Assembly: GCA_951406725.2 (NCBI GenBank)
Contig: OX597831.1
Location: forward strand, 56,792,001 to 56,856,000
Reading direction: 5' to 3'
Source: Octopus vulgaris
Taxonomy: Eukaryota
DNA: 64,000 bases
How positions within the stretch are numbered: position 1 is the stretch's first letter; each line of letters starts with the position of its first letter. A program made the translations under genes and the position numbers. This document shows, piece by piece, positions 28,259 to 40,900 of the stretch. The notes under the pieces are model-generated. The model ran no database searches. It saw nothing but the letters and a program-made list of their open reading frames with translations, and had not been told where the DNA came from.

Positions 28259-28561
28259 TGAGTGTTTGCCAAATCGTTTTTTTTTTTAAGGTGAGCTCAA
28301 CTCTGGTAAGCGACCACAACATAGGCTGAGGAAAAGGTATAAAGACTGTGTGAAAGAAAATCTGAAGAAACTAGATATGAACAAATGTGACTGGGAAAAT
28401 GATGTTCTAGATCGGAACAAGTGGAGAGGTGCTGTTAGGACTGGTTGCAATGCCTGGGAGGAAAAGATGATCTTGGACACCGACTACCTCTTATGACTCG
28501 TCATATGTCAAAAAACTCGGAAGACAATATCTGAAATTCAAAGACATAGTTCACAAAAACA

Positions 28562-28983
28562 GGATCTTTTCGGTTTGAACGGCAGTTTTTTCTAGCGGTG
28601 TCATATGAAATTGTCACCCATAATTATGACCCTAGTATCGATCTATTGCATTTCAATGTTTTAGGGTTAGGGTTAGTTTGGGGTGGGGGGAAGGGTATAT
28701 TTTTTCTTCACAAATGTAAATAAATCCAATCTGTTTCTTAAACGAGGGACATATTCATACGGCACAGAATGTTTTTTTTTACCTCAATACACGTCACTGA
28801 TTGGTTGAAATTGCAGAAATTGAAGAAAAAAAAACAACAAATATCTTACAAAGTATAGAATTTTCTCAATAAAGCCAAGAGAAAAAGATGTTTTATAAAC
28901 ACATTCTACCAGTATACGAAGTTAAAAATTTTTTAGTTACCTAGAAATTATGTTAAAAACTGCCGTTCAAACTGAAAAGATCC
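28562..28983. mobile_element. TIR element with internal (TTAGGG)n, copy 2
   Basis: ~27-bp TIRs ggatcttttcggtttgaacggcagttttt / aaaaactgccgttcaaactgaaaagatcc. Confidence 0.8.
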
Positions 28984-29214
28984 CGAAACCATTCCTCCAG
29001 AATCAGATTCCAAAGGGCAAAGATATAGAAGAAACTGGAATAATATCTGTCACCTGTGTTTTAAACTCTGTCAGTCAGCAGCTGGTCTTAAAAGTAATCT
29101 AAGGCTCATCAACAGAGTGATTGTGCTATGTGATGGTGTGTGGTGTGTGTGTTGATAGAACGGCTATCATCTTTCAAGAGTTGAGTTTACCACAAATAAG
29201 AACCCAGACAAGGA

Positions 29215-29628
29215 TACTTTTACTCTTTTACTTGTTTCAGTCATTTGACTGTGGCCATGCTGGAGCACCGCCTTTAATCGAGCAATTCGACCCCGAGACT
29301 TATTCTTTGTAAGCCCAGTACTTATTCTATCGGTGTCTTTTGCTGAACCGCTAAGTAACGGGGACATAAACACACCAGCATCGGTTGTCAAACAATGCCA
29401 GAGGGACAAACACAGACACACAAACACACACAGGCATATATATATATATATATATATATACATACATACGACGGGCTTCTTTTAGTTTCCGTCTACCAAA
29501 TCCACTCACAAGGCTTTGGTCGGCCCGAGGCTATAGTAGAAGACACTTGCCCAAGTTGCCACGCAGTGGGACTGAACCCGGATCCATGTGGTTGGTTAGC
29601 AAGCTACTTACCACACAGCCACTCCTGC
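29215..29628 (-). mobile_element. SINE (2935 family)
   Basis: Reverse complement match. Confidence 0.85.
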
Positions 29629-29919
29629 ACCTGGATTATTTTTTCGTTTTTTTTACTTAATTTTTGAGAGTGGTTGGGTTCATTTTTAGTATTCTTGTTT
29701 ATGTGAGCAGTCAAGTTTATTTCAGATATTTTCATTTTAAAAATCATCTCCAGTTAACCTTTGGGAGGACTTTGGTGTTGCCTTGGTGGAAGTTTGCACT
29801 CCCTGAGTGCTCTTGTAATTATAATTATTGTTGTTGTTATTATTATTATTATTAAAGGTGGTGAGCTGGCAGAATTGTTAACATGCCAGGAGAAAAGACA
29901 CACACATACACATATATAT

Positions 29920-30545
29920 TCTTTTATTCTTTTATTTGTTTCAGTCATTTGACTGCAGCCATGTTGGAACACCACCTTTAGTCAAACTAATCAACCCCAA
30001 GACTTATTCTTTGTAAGCCTAGTACTTATTCTATTAGTCTCTTTTGCCAAACCGCTAAGTTACAAGGGACAAAAACACACCAGCATTAGTTGTCAAGTGA
30101 TGGTGGGGGGTGGGGGGACAAACACATAAACATATACATACATATATATATATACAATGGGCTTTTATCAGTTTCTTATTTCTTTATTGCCCACAAGGTG
30201 CTAAACAAACAAAGACAGACAAAGGGACTAAGTCGATTACATCAACCCTAATGCGTAACTGGTACTTAATTTATCGACCATGAAAGGATGAAAGGCAAAG
30301 TCAACCTTGGTGGAATTTGAACTCAGAACGTAACAGCAGATGAAATACTGTTAAGCATTTTGCCCGGCGTGCTAACATTTCTGCCAGTTCACCGCCTTTT
30401 ATCAGTTTCTGTCTACCAAATCCACTCACAAGGCTTTAGTTAGCCTGAGGCTATAGTAGAAGACACTTGCCTAAGGTGCCACCCAGTGAGACTGAACTGG
30501 AAACCATGTGGTTGGGAAGCAAGCTTCTTATCACACAGCCATGCC
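29920..30545 (-). mobile_element. SINE (2935 family) interrupted by a Meta-domain-like SINE (~30180..30395)
   Basis: Nested insertion carrying a gcctttcatcctttc..gtcgataaattaagtaccag motif on the minus strand. Confidence 0.7.
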
Positions 30546-30556
30546 AATATATATAA

Positions 30557-31062
30557 AATTGTCACTAAACATGACTAGGGTGTTAAAAAAACACCTACAT
30601 TGCAAGGAATAAGAGCTAAAATGTTCTAATGCTGTAGTTAATGTACATGAAGGAGAACATATATAGTAACAGGGACCATAATTGTCTGAAAAATGCTGAC
30701 TGAAAATTCCTAAGACTGACATCAGTTTCTGTTATTTCCGTTGCCTCTTCAGTTAAGCCAGCTCAGTGTTCGGCTTCTTCTGGACCTGTTTCTCTAATAG
30801 TATATATGTTTTTGCCATCCAAACTAATGAATGATTTAGCTATTTGCTAATATGTATACACAAAATTAACATAAACAGAAGGAAATTGCCAAAACTTATG
30901 TTAGTGTTAAGAATTCTTGGTCAGCATTTTTTGGACAATTATGATCCCTGTTAGAGTATATGTTTTCATTCATGTGTGTCAACTACAATATTAGAGCGTT
31001 TTAGCTCTTATTTCTAGCAATACAGGTGTTTTAAAACACCCTGATCACATTTAGTGACAATT
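30557..31062. repeat. Foldback element, ~185-bp imperfect inverted arms
   Basis: aattgtcactaaa... (30557..30740) is the reverse complement of ...tttagtgacaatt (30881..31062). Confidence 0.8.
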
Positions 31063-31378
31063 ATAATTCTCCTTTTTGGTGAAATATTGAAATATTGCAA
31101 CCTGCTGTTTATATTGATTTTGTGAACTTGTGTTCAAAATGTTTCAAATGCTATGACATTAATTAATTAAAAAAAAAAATAAAAAGAGTGAAGCATGTGT
31201 TTGACAAAGTGTCTTAAGATTTACTCCTTTTGCCACAAGATGATGTGTAAATGAAAAATATCAAGGTGTGTGATGGTGGTGAAAAGTTGAGTTGTTGTCC
31301 TGGTTGAGCAGACAATATGAATAAAGGACATGCTAGCTGGGACCAGTCAGCAACTACATTGTCCCAGGTACCCTTCTA

Positions 31379-31607
31379 TTAACCTTTTAGCATTCAGATT
31401 ACTCTGTCAAATGTAATGCTTAGTTATTCACATTGTTTTGAATTAATTGTGCATTATCTCATAGTTTAGAGATTTCAGTGGTATAATTGTTCATTTTTAG
31501 AATGACATTGTCGAGTAGATGTGAGAGGCTGGATCTGGCTGGTTTGATCATACAATAAAGTAGAATATTTGGGCTGGATATGGCCAGTTTAAATGCTAAA
31601 GGATTAA
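31379..31607. mobile_element. piggyBac-type MITE copy
   Basis: TTAA-flanked; matches 13550..13778. Confidence 0.8.
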
Positions 31608-32806
31608 GATGGTAATCTATGATTTGATGGAGGTTTGGTAGATGTTTCTAGCAGATCAATTAATCATGTAAAAGGTGTCTAAATGTTATATACCAGAAAA
31701 CTGATGATGAAGACAACTGTTACTAATGTGATTACACTTTCAAGTAATTTAATTGATATCCAGGGTTTCTAGAGAATTTAGTTTTGGTGACAACATGTGT
31801 TCAACTCATTTAGAGGCACAGTCATTTTCATTGAGCTAAATCAAGATCTCCCCTTGACTTGATAATAATTCTATTAAAAATCTGAATTGATTATAACACC
31901 TCGTTTTTATTAGGTATATATATTTCTCCATCAGCCATTTGAATATCTTTTCCTCTTTCCAGGGTTTCTGTTGAGCCAAATAAACAGGGGAGTTATTGTA
32001 GGCTTTCTATGAAACTCAAGTAGGACAACATTGAAATGCTGTTCACCTGTCTCAGATGAAATTACTACTACACACCCCAAAATAGACTAAATCCAAAAGT
32101 TGGTCATTTGACTCATTAGGCATAATATTCACTCATCACCATGCTTCAGTTACTAGTTTACAATTGCCATATTTTTTCTAATTGCTCTTAACATCTCTAA
32201 CTAGACCAGTTCAATATACTTGCTTTTTTCTTGTTATCTCTACTGTAATCTCTACTTATCTCTACTGTAACCAACGTAACATCTCACATTTTTCCCCAGG
32301 CTCTGGAATCATATTACCTACTCAAAGGTGAGTATGAGGAGGCAGTAATCACCCCAGATGCAGGTGTGAAAGGGTATAAGAACTTTCTCTGGTTTATCAT
32401 GCCTGTTATTTAAGATAGAAGGCTGCCAAAAGTTCCTTTGTTCAAGGTACAAAGAGCCCTTGCTGCTGTTCCCACTTATAGTTTTCATGCAGATGCTGGT
32501 ATAAAGATGATCAACTTCAAATTTACCTGTCTAGGAGCAACTAATTAACTGATAAAAAGAAATAAAAATTCAGGTATGAAAAATATAAAACATAAAAGAA
32601 TATAAAGCCTAATAATTACTGAAGGAAGAACTGGAGGGAGTTAACAGGAATATGTCTCATTAACCCTTTTGACACACAGAGTGTTTTGGTATGTGTAGCC
32701 AAAAAGAGCAAAGTTTTTTTCTGAGATTGAAATTTATGGGTGCATGGAGAAAACAAAGGATAAAGTACATAAAACTACTTTATTAATATGTAAAATTATA
32801 TATATA

Positions 32807-33218
32807 GGCGCAGGAGTGGCTGTGTGGTAAGTAGCTCGTTTACCAACCACGTGGTTCCGGGTTCAGTCCCACTGCGTGGTACCTTGGGGAAGTGTCTTCT
32901 ACTATAGCCTCGGGCCGACCAAAGCCTTGTGAGTGGATTTGGTAGACGGAAACTGAAAGAAGCCCGTCGTATATATGTATTCATATTATATATGCATGTG
33001 TGTGTTTGTGTGTCTGTGTCTGTCCCATCCAACATCGCTTGACAACCGATGCTGGTGTGTTTATGTCCCCGTTACTTAGCGGTTCGGCAAAAGAGTCCGA
33101 TAGAATAAGTACTTGGCTTACAAAAGAATAAGTCCCGGGGTCGAGTTGCTCGATTAAAGGCAGTGCTCCAGCATGGCCGCAGTCAAATGACTGAAACAAG
33201 TAAAAGAGTAAAAGAGTA
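32807..33218 (+). mobile_element. SINE (2935 family), young copy
   Basis: Near-identical to 2935..3345. Confidence 0.88.
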
Positions 33219-34059
33219 TATATTATATAGTTTTATATCATATCGATTGAAAGATGATCTCTGATTGGCTATTACATTTCAAAATGTTTGTTTCATCAGG
33301 CCAATGGATTGGCCTCAAATTCCTTTCAGCTTGTATCACTTGGGCCAATCAATCAGCCCAGGTGTTGCGAGAGGTTTAATTAGCATTAATTAGTTGTTGT
33401 TTAACTCCTGTTTTTTTTTTTTTTTTGTGACTATCAAAGATTTACATAATTAGTCAATCGATTTTTGCTTAAAATAATAAGGTGTGACCTGAAAATTCTA
33501 GTTCAAGTGAACATAAAAAATGCTCTGTCATTGGCTTGCGTTCATTACTTCTTTATAACCTTTGTTGCTGGCTAATTCAGTATGAAGCAAAACCTGAAAA
33601 ATTCATGACATGATCAAGAATGTAGTTTAGTGTTAGTTTGACAAGAGGTGGAAGGATTTTTTAATGTACTATGACTACAAGTCACACAGTACAAAGAAGG
33701 AATTTTTCATGCAACAGAGTTAGGAATTTTTTTACATTTCAAGTTAAATCATCATCATCATCGTTTAGCGTCTGTTTTCCATGCTGGCATGGGTTGGACG
33801 GTGCAACTGGGGTCTGGGAAGCCAGAAGGCTGCACCAGGCCCAGTCTGATCTGGCAATGTTTCTACGACTGGATGCCCTTCCTAACACCAACCACTGCAT
33901 GAGTGTAGTGGGTGCTTTTTACGTGCCACCGGCACAGGTGCCAGACAAGGCTGGCAATTGGCCACAATTGGATGGTGCTTTTTACGTGCCACCAGCACGG
34001 AGGCCAGGCGAGGCTGGCAAAGAAATTATCCAATTACTTGTTTCTATTGATATAAAATT

Positions 34060-34620
34060 ATGCCTACCGACTGACCTACCTACCTACCTACCTCCCTATC
34101 TACTTACCTACCAACCTTCCTACCTACCTACCTACTTACCTACCTACCTACCTATCTACCCACCAACCTACCTACCAACCTTCCTACCTACCTACCTACC
34201 TTCCTACCTACCTACCTACCAACCTACCTATCTACCCACCAACCTACCTACCTACCAACCTTCCTACCTACCGACCTACCCACCAACCTACTTACCTACC
34301 TACCTACCTACCTACCTACCTACCTACCTACCTACCTACCTACCTATCTACCTACCTACCTACCTACCTACCTACCTACCTACCTACCTATCTACCTACC
34401 TACCTACCTACCTACCTACCTACCTATCTACCTACCTACCTACCTACCTACCTACCTACCTACCTACCTACCTATCTACCTACCTACCTACTTACCTATC
34501 TACCTACCTACCTACCTATCTACCTACCAACCTACCTACCTACCTACTTACCTATCTACCTACCTACCAACCTTCCTACCTACCTACTACCTACCTACCT
34601 ACCTACCTACCTACCTACCT
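34060..34620. repeat. (CCTA)n microsatellite
   Basis: Direct inspection; produces the PTYL ORF. Confidence 0.95.
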
Positions 34621-37086
34621 ATGTACATTATTCATACATACATCTCTCTCTCTCTCCCTTTCTCTCCATCCATCCATCCACCCATCAGTCCCTCCAACTA
34701 TCTGTCTCTCCAGCCATCCATTGTCATCATCATCATCATCATCATCATCATATGATATCTAAAAGTCAATGCTACTGTCTGCACAGAAATGTTGGAGAAG
34801 TTGTGAGGCCTTGGATAGACAGAATGTGCCAACGGAAGACAGTACGTCTTCCAACAAGGTCTCATTAGGCTAGGACAATCCAAGCATGGATGTGTGCCAA
34901 TCTCCATGATCATATTCCCCCAGATGCATAGACTCCTAGGTCATCCAACTGCAGTCCACTGAATTATTACGTAAGGGACATAGTCAAATGAAAGGTCAAT
35001 CAGCACCTCCGTTCAATCTCTCAAGTCAGCCACAACCAGCACTAAATACTAAAATAAAGATCATCTGACTTGGGCATGTTACTGCTTCTGACCCCATGCT
35101 GAAGCAGTCATTGATGCTAACAGTAGATTCATTGAATAGGTGTGATAAAAAGCATTCTCTAGATTATTTGTACTAATTTGTTTTCAAATACAGCTTTTTG
35201 ATGAGCTATGCATTTTTTTCTAAATTCATACAAACGACCTCAAAAACTATATGTACATGTATGTGTGCGTGTGTATTTGTGTGTGTGTGTGTGTATCTGT
35301 GTGTGTGTGTGTGTGTGCTTCTGTGTGTGTGTGTGTGTGTGTGTGCATCTGTGTGTGCTTTTGTGTCTGTGCGTCTGTGTGTGTGTGTTTGTCTGTACTT
35401 GTCCCCCATTCACTGCTTGACAGCTAGTTTTGGTGTGCTTACGTTCCTTTAACACAGCGGATCGGCAAAAGGAAACGATAGAATAAATACCAGACTTGAA
35501 AAAAAAAAAAAAAAAAGTAAGTACTGGGGGTCGATTCGTTCGACTAAGATTCTTCAAAGCAGTGCTAGGGGCATGACCACATTCAAATGACTTAAAATAA
35601 GTAAAAGAGAAAAAAAAAAAAAAAAAAAAGGACCCCCCCCCCGACCTCATTCTCCTCCTCTCCTCCTCCTCCTACTTCACCTTTGCGAACAAAACAAGCG
35701 AGACGCCGCACGAAGAATTAAAACAAAATTCTGTCTCTGAACGCCCTGCAGGCTGAAACTAGTTTTTGTTTGTGTAACACCAAATTCAAGTATAACATTT
35801 AATCATTAACCAAATATCGTAAGGTAAACGCGTCTAATTTTTATTTTCTCACATTTCTGAATGATTACCTTTTTCATTTATGTATTATACTTTTTTCTTT
35901 TTTTAAATCCCAAGGTATTTCAAAACTTTTCATGTCACACCAACCATAGTCTTACAGTCATGTGGCTACTTTTATTTCTTTAACGACTCCAAGGAAAACA
36001 TCGAGCAATGGCAGAGAAAGCCAATATAGTAAAAGTTATCCCAGCTTATACGCAAAATACGATGTAGTCTCCGTATATTTAGAAAGAGTTGGGGACCCGA
36101 GTGGTATTAAAATTCAAATGAGAGGAGCAAGATTCAATGAGAGACAGGAAGATCCGAACTGGCCGAAGTTCGGATTTTGTCTTTCGTCTTCTCTTCGGAA
36201 TCGATAAAATATATAAAAGTACAAGTCGATTAATGTGGTCGACTAACCGCTAACCTCAAAATTGTTGGCCTTGTACCTAAATGAGAAACTTAGTTAATAT
36301 CTATTTCAATCCATCAGTATGGCAGTCCAATACGGCAACGCCATCAGTTATTATGATTGATTTGGATTTGCGAGTTTTTTTTATTTATTTGTTTATTTTG
36401 TAGAATCGTAATTTATTTCGTTTAAAATAGAGTTCAGAAACAATTTGTGTGTGTGTGTGTAAGAGAGAGAGAGAGAGAGGGAAAGTTGGGTAAAATTACA
36501 GATTAACACCCGCACGATTTTCACTAAAAAAAACAAAAACTCGGATTTTTTGCGTGGAATCAAGTACCCTGACCTCCTAATATGCTGCAAATCCCATATT
36601 TTGGTTCGGAATTGGTCCAGTATGGCCATGGTCTAATGACTGAAGCAAGTAAAAGATAAAAGATTAGTGGATGCATACACATGCCTGTTGATGCACATTA
36701 TATCTGTATCAACAAAATGAAACTTGAAATTTAAAAATAAATTCTGATGTGTATCAGGGTGTCTGTGTGCAGATCCACTTTTTTTCGTTTTTTTTTTTAA
36801 CATTAAATTCTGATATAATTATAATCTACACCATCCATCTTAAATGCATTTGCAGAAAATTTCATTAATAATACACATTTTTCTGAAAGTTATAAGGAAA
36901 TAAAGTTGACTCTTGTGAATTTTGTGAAACTCCACCCACCCTGAAAAATTTTTTGCAATAAATTCTGTTATAATCACAATCAACACCATCTGAAGAACAT
37001 TTGTAGAAAATTTTATAAAAGAGATATATTTCGTTTTTGGATTTGGTTTACAAGATTCTTTATATGAGATTGTGTGTTGAAGCATA

Positions 37087-37366
37087 TTCTGTTGTGTCTG
37101 GGGAGAGTCATTTTCTTTTTGTGCCTTATAATGTAACACACTCACCAGTAAAATTTCCACTTCTTTCTTACTTTTATTTCCCTAAAATTTTTGTTGCATC
37201 TTGCAACTTTTTCAACAGTCTTTCAATAGTCAAGACTATTGAAAGGTTGCAAGAAGCAACAAAAATTTTAGGGAAATAAAAATAAGAAAGAAGTGGAAAT
37301 TTTACCGGTGAGTGTGTTACATTATAAGGCACAAAAAGGAAATGACTCTCCCCAGACACAACAGAA
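37087..37366. repeat. Near-perfect palindrome, ~140-bp arms, 2-nt loop
   Basis: ...tttcaatagtc aa gactattgaaa...; the arms give the same peptide on both strands in the ORF track. Confidence 0.92.
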
Positions 37367-37732
37367 AAGAGATATACATTTTCTGGAAAGTTTTGCAGAC
37401 ACAAAGTTTAAATGGGTGGCATATTTGTGTTGGTATGCTGAAAACTTATAGCCAATAGTACACTGTAACAAAAATGAAAAAGTTGAAATGAAAGAAAGGA
37501 ATTCTTTTAAAAGAATTATAATCTCTGATGTTCAAAACAAATATGATGGAATTTTAGGGGGAAAAAAAGTTACTGGTTGGGTACTTTTTTGCAAAACTTC
37601 ACCTTTAATTTTTTTTTATTAATTTTAATATTCAATACTAAAGTTTTTCATTTCACAATTCCTTTTTTCTTATTTAATGTTACAACATTTCTTCAGATCA
37701 GCAAAGTGTTATTTGATTTACCTCCAGCAAAA

Positions 37733-37944
37733 ATGTCAGAACATAGAAGCTCATGCTCAACATTTGATGGCACAGAAAAATCTTCTGTGTCACAAACAGA
37801 AAAATCTTCTGTGTCACAAACAGAAAAATCTTCTACGTCACGAACAGAAAAATCTTCTGTGTCACAACCAGAAAGATCTTCTGTGTCACAACGAGAAAGA
37901 TCTTCTATGTCAGAGAAACACCTTCGTGTGGAAATTGAATACTG
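37733..37944 (+). CDS. MIEN1: Paralog B coding exon 1 with Ser-rich repeat, ends VEIEY + split Cys codon
   Basis: ATG at 37733; donor TG|GTGAGT. An acceptor ttcttcAG at ~37696 suggests an upstream non-coding exon. Confidence 0.88.
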
Positions 37945-40900
37945 GTGAGTATTGTCATATATTTCTTAAAAAAATAATACTGACAGATGTGATTATGTGA
38001 TAAGAAGTTTGCTTCTCACTTACTTGGTCTTGGGTTCAGTCCCACTGTGTGGAACCTTGGCTTCTATAGCTCCAGGTCAGCTGAAATCTTGTGAATGAAT
38101 TTAATTGGCAAAAACTGAAAGAAGCCAATCATATACATATGTATGTGTGTGTCTTTGTATTTATTATCAACATGAAATTGGAGAAGAAATTTCAGGTGAA
38201 AAAGGAAGGTCTATATTCAAAAGGATTTAGAGTTAATTTGGCAAAGACCAAAGTCTTAATAAGTAGAAAAACAGACAAATCACAAATCTTTCAGGGAGAA
38301 AAGGTGTGGGTAAAAACTCCCTAAGGTGTACCTGGTGCAACCTATGGACACATAAGAGGAAGGTTAACAGAGAAAATAGTCTTTATGTGTGGCAGATGTG
38401 CAGGTACAATAAACACTTGGAATGTACAGAAAATAGACTTCATCAAATGCCTGGAGAGATACTTAGAAGTAGTAGATAGCTTCTGTTACCTAGGTTACTT
38501 AGCAGTGGAAGAGGATGCTCTAAGAGTGTAGCTACTAGAATATGAATGGGCTGGGCAAAGTTCAGAGAGCTACTGTTGTTGGTAACAACGGGGTTTCTCC
38601 CTCAGAGTGAAAAGCAGATTGTATGATGCCTGTGTGCAAACAGCTATGTTGCAGAGGACCTGCAAAGGCTTGAAATAAATGAAGCTAGCATGTTCTACTG
38701 GATGTGCAATGTGTGCATGTGTGACAGAGTATAAGTGTCTTAGGAGAAAAATTGGGTATCAGATACATCAGATGTAGTGTGCAAGAGAGAAGACTGTGCT
38801 GGTATGGTTATCTGATGTGTATGGACAGCTGCATAAAGAAGTGCTGATCTCTAATTGTGAAAGGAACCTGTGGAAGAGGTAAACCCAGGAAAACGTGGGA
38901 TGAGATGGGGAAAAGTGATCTTTGGATGTTGGGTCTCATGGAGGTAAGGACAATCGATCAAGCCTTCTGGCAAATTGCTGTGCGTGAGAAGACATGTCAA
39001 GCTAAGTGAAATTGTGGTCATGATCAGTGCTGGTGATGCATGAAAGGCATCTGTGCCAGTGACATGTAAAAGGCACCTGTGCCAGTGACACATTAAAGGC
39101 GCATGTGTTGGTTACACGTAAAAGACACTCAGTATACTTCATCAAGTGGTTGGCATTAGGAAGGGCATCCAGCTGTAGAAACCAAGCCAAAACAGGCTGG
39201 AGCCTGGTGTAGCTCTCTGGATTACCATCTCTGGTCAAACCGTCAAACTCATGCTAGTATGGAAAACAGATGTTAAATGATGATGATGATGCCATTGGAA
39301 GAGAAAAAAAAATGCTTAGTTTGTGTTTAGCCTTTTACTATAAAGCATTCAGTAATAATAGTTTCCATTTCTTTATTATGCCTTTCAACTTGATGTTAAT
39401 CTTAATGTTAATAATTCTGTTTGACATTGCATTACTTAGCCTGTTGGTAACACTTTCACGTGATTAGAGGGAAAAAAGAAAGAAAAGAGGGAGAGAGAAA
39501 GGTCCATGAAACGTGGCAGAGGGAATGTAATTGTAATGCTTTCACGTGATTAGTTGAAGGGAAAGAGAGGAGATAGAAAAAGGAGAGAGAAAAAGAGGAT
39601 ACAGTGAAGAGTGAGATAGAAAGAAGAAAAAAGTGGGAGAGAGAAGAGTCCAGGACATGATGTAGGGGGAATGTAATATTTATTACATGGTTAAAAAGTT
39701 AGTTGAAGGTAGAGAAGGAGAGTTAAAAATATAATTTTAGCAGAGGGGTGATGTTCTGATGGTGAGGTTAAAAAACGGGCAGAGAGAGAGAGAGAGAGAG
39801 AGAGAGATATGATGGTGGTGGTGGTGGTGGTGGTGATTGGATAGTGAAAAATGTATTTTTTTTTAATTGAACTAAGTTTTTTATCATTTACATTATTTAC
39901 AATTGATGGATATTTGTCCTCATCTTTGTTGTTAACATGTCTCGGATGATATACCCTCCAACCTTTATCAGGTGTCTTGGGGAAATTTCAAACCTGGGTT
40001 CTCATTCCTAAGGTATTTTTCATAGTGGTTAGGAGTGCAGGCTACTAACCCCAAGATTCCGAGTTCAATTCCAGGCAGTGACCTGAATAATAATAATAAT
40101 AATAATAATATTAACAACAACAACATCGAAAATACCTTAGGAATGAGAACCCAGGTTCTAAATTTTCTCAAGACACCTGATGAAGTCTTGAGGGTATATC
40201 AGCTGAAATGTTGTGTTAACAACAAACAAGATGAGGACAAATATCCATCAATTGTAAATATTGTAAATAATGTACATAATTCCTCATCTTTTAAATATAG
40301 AACTGTAGGTTTTTTTATAACCTATCACTTAACACATGCGTATGAGTACAATTCCATGAAATATTCAAGCTTATTTATGTGGCAGATATATGCAATTTAT
40401 CTAAAGGTTGCTTCATGTTCTTTTGTTCTTTTAGTAATTTGACTATGGCCATGCTGGGGCATGCTGAACAAATTTGTATTTGTCCCTACACTGGTTGATA
40501 ACCAGTGTTGGTTTTTTTACATCCCTACAACCTTGCAGTTCAGCAAAAGTGACCAATAAAATAGGTTTCAGCTTCAAAAAGAAACAAGTACTGGGGTTGA
40601 TTTGTCTAAGTAACCCCTTTAAGGCAGTGCCCAAGCATGGCTACTGTCCCATTACAATGAAAGAATAAAAGAATTGTCATCAACACCTTCAAAAATATTT
40701 GTGTGTGTGTGTGTGTTTATCCCCCTACCATCACTGATTGACAATCCTTGTTGGTTTGTTTATGTTCCCAAAACTTAGAGCAGTTTGCCAAAAACAGTCC
40801 AATAGAATAGACATCAGGCTTAACCCTTTAGTATTTAAACCGGCCATATCCGGCCAAAATATTTAATCTGTTTTATGTTCAAACTGATCAGATCCAGGCC

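Noticed and set aside
32300-32327. 28-nt stretch with good splice signals (ccccag|...|gtgagt)
   Set aside because: No partner exons found; it resembles a decayed LINE 3' end (FFP..LWN.LP).
33671-34762. 363-aa ORF with PTYL repeats
   Set aside because: An antisense RTE tail followed by a (CCTA)n microsatellite.
35962-36207. 81-aa ORF in a CpG-richer region upstream of paralog B
   Set aside because: Non-ATG start and no recognisable homology; more likely promoter or 5' intron sequence.
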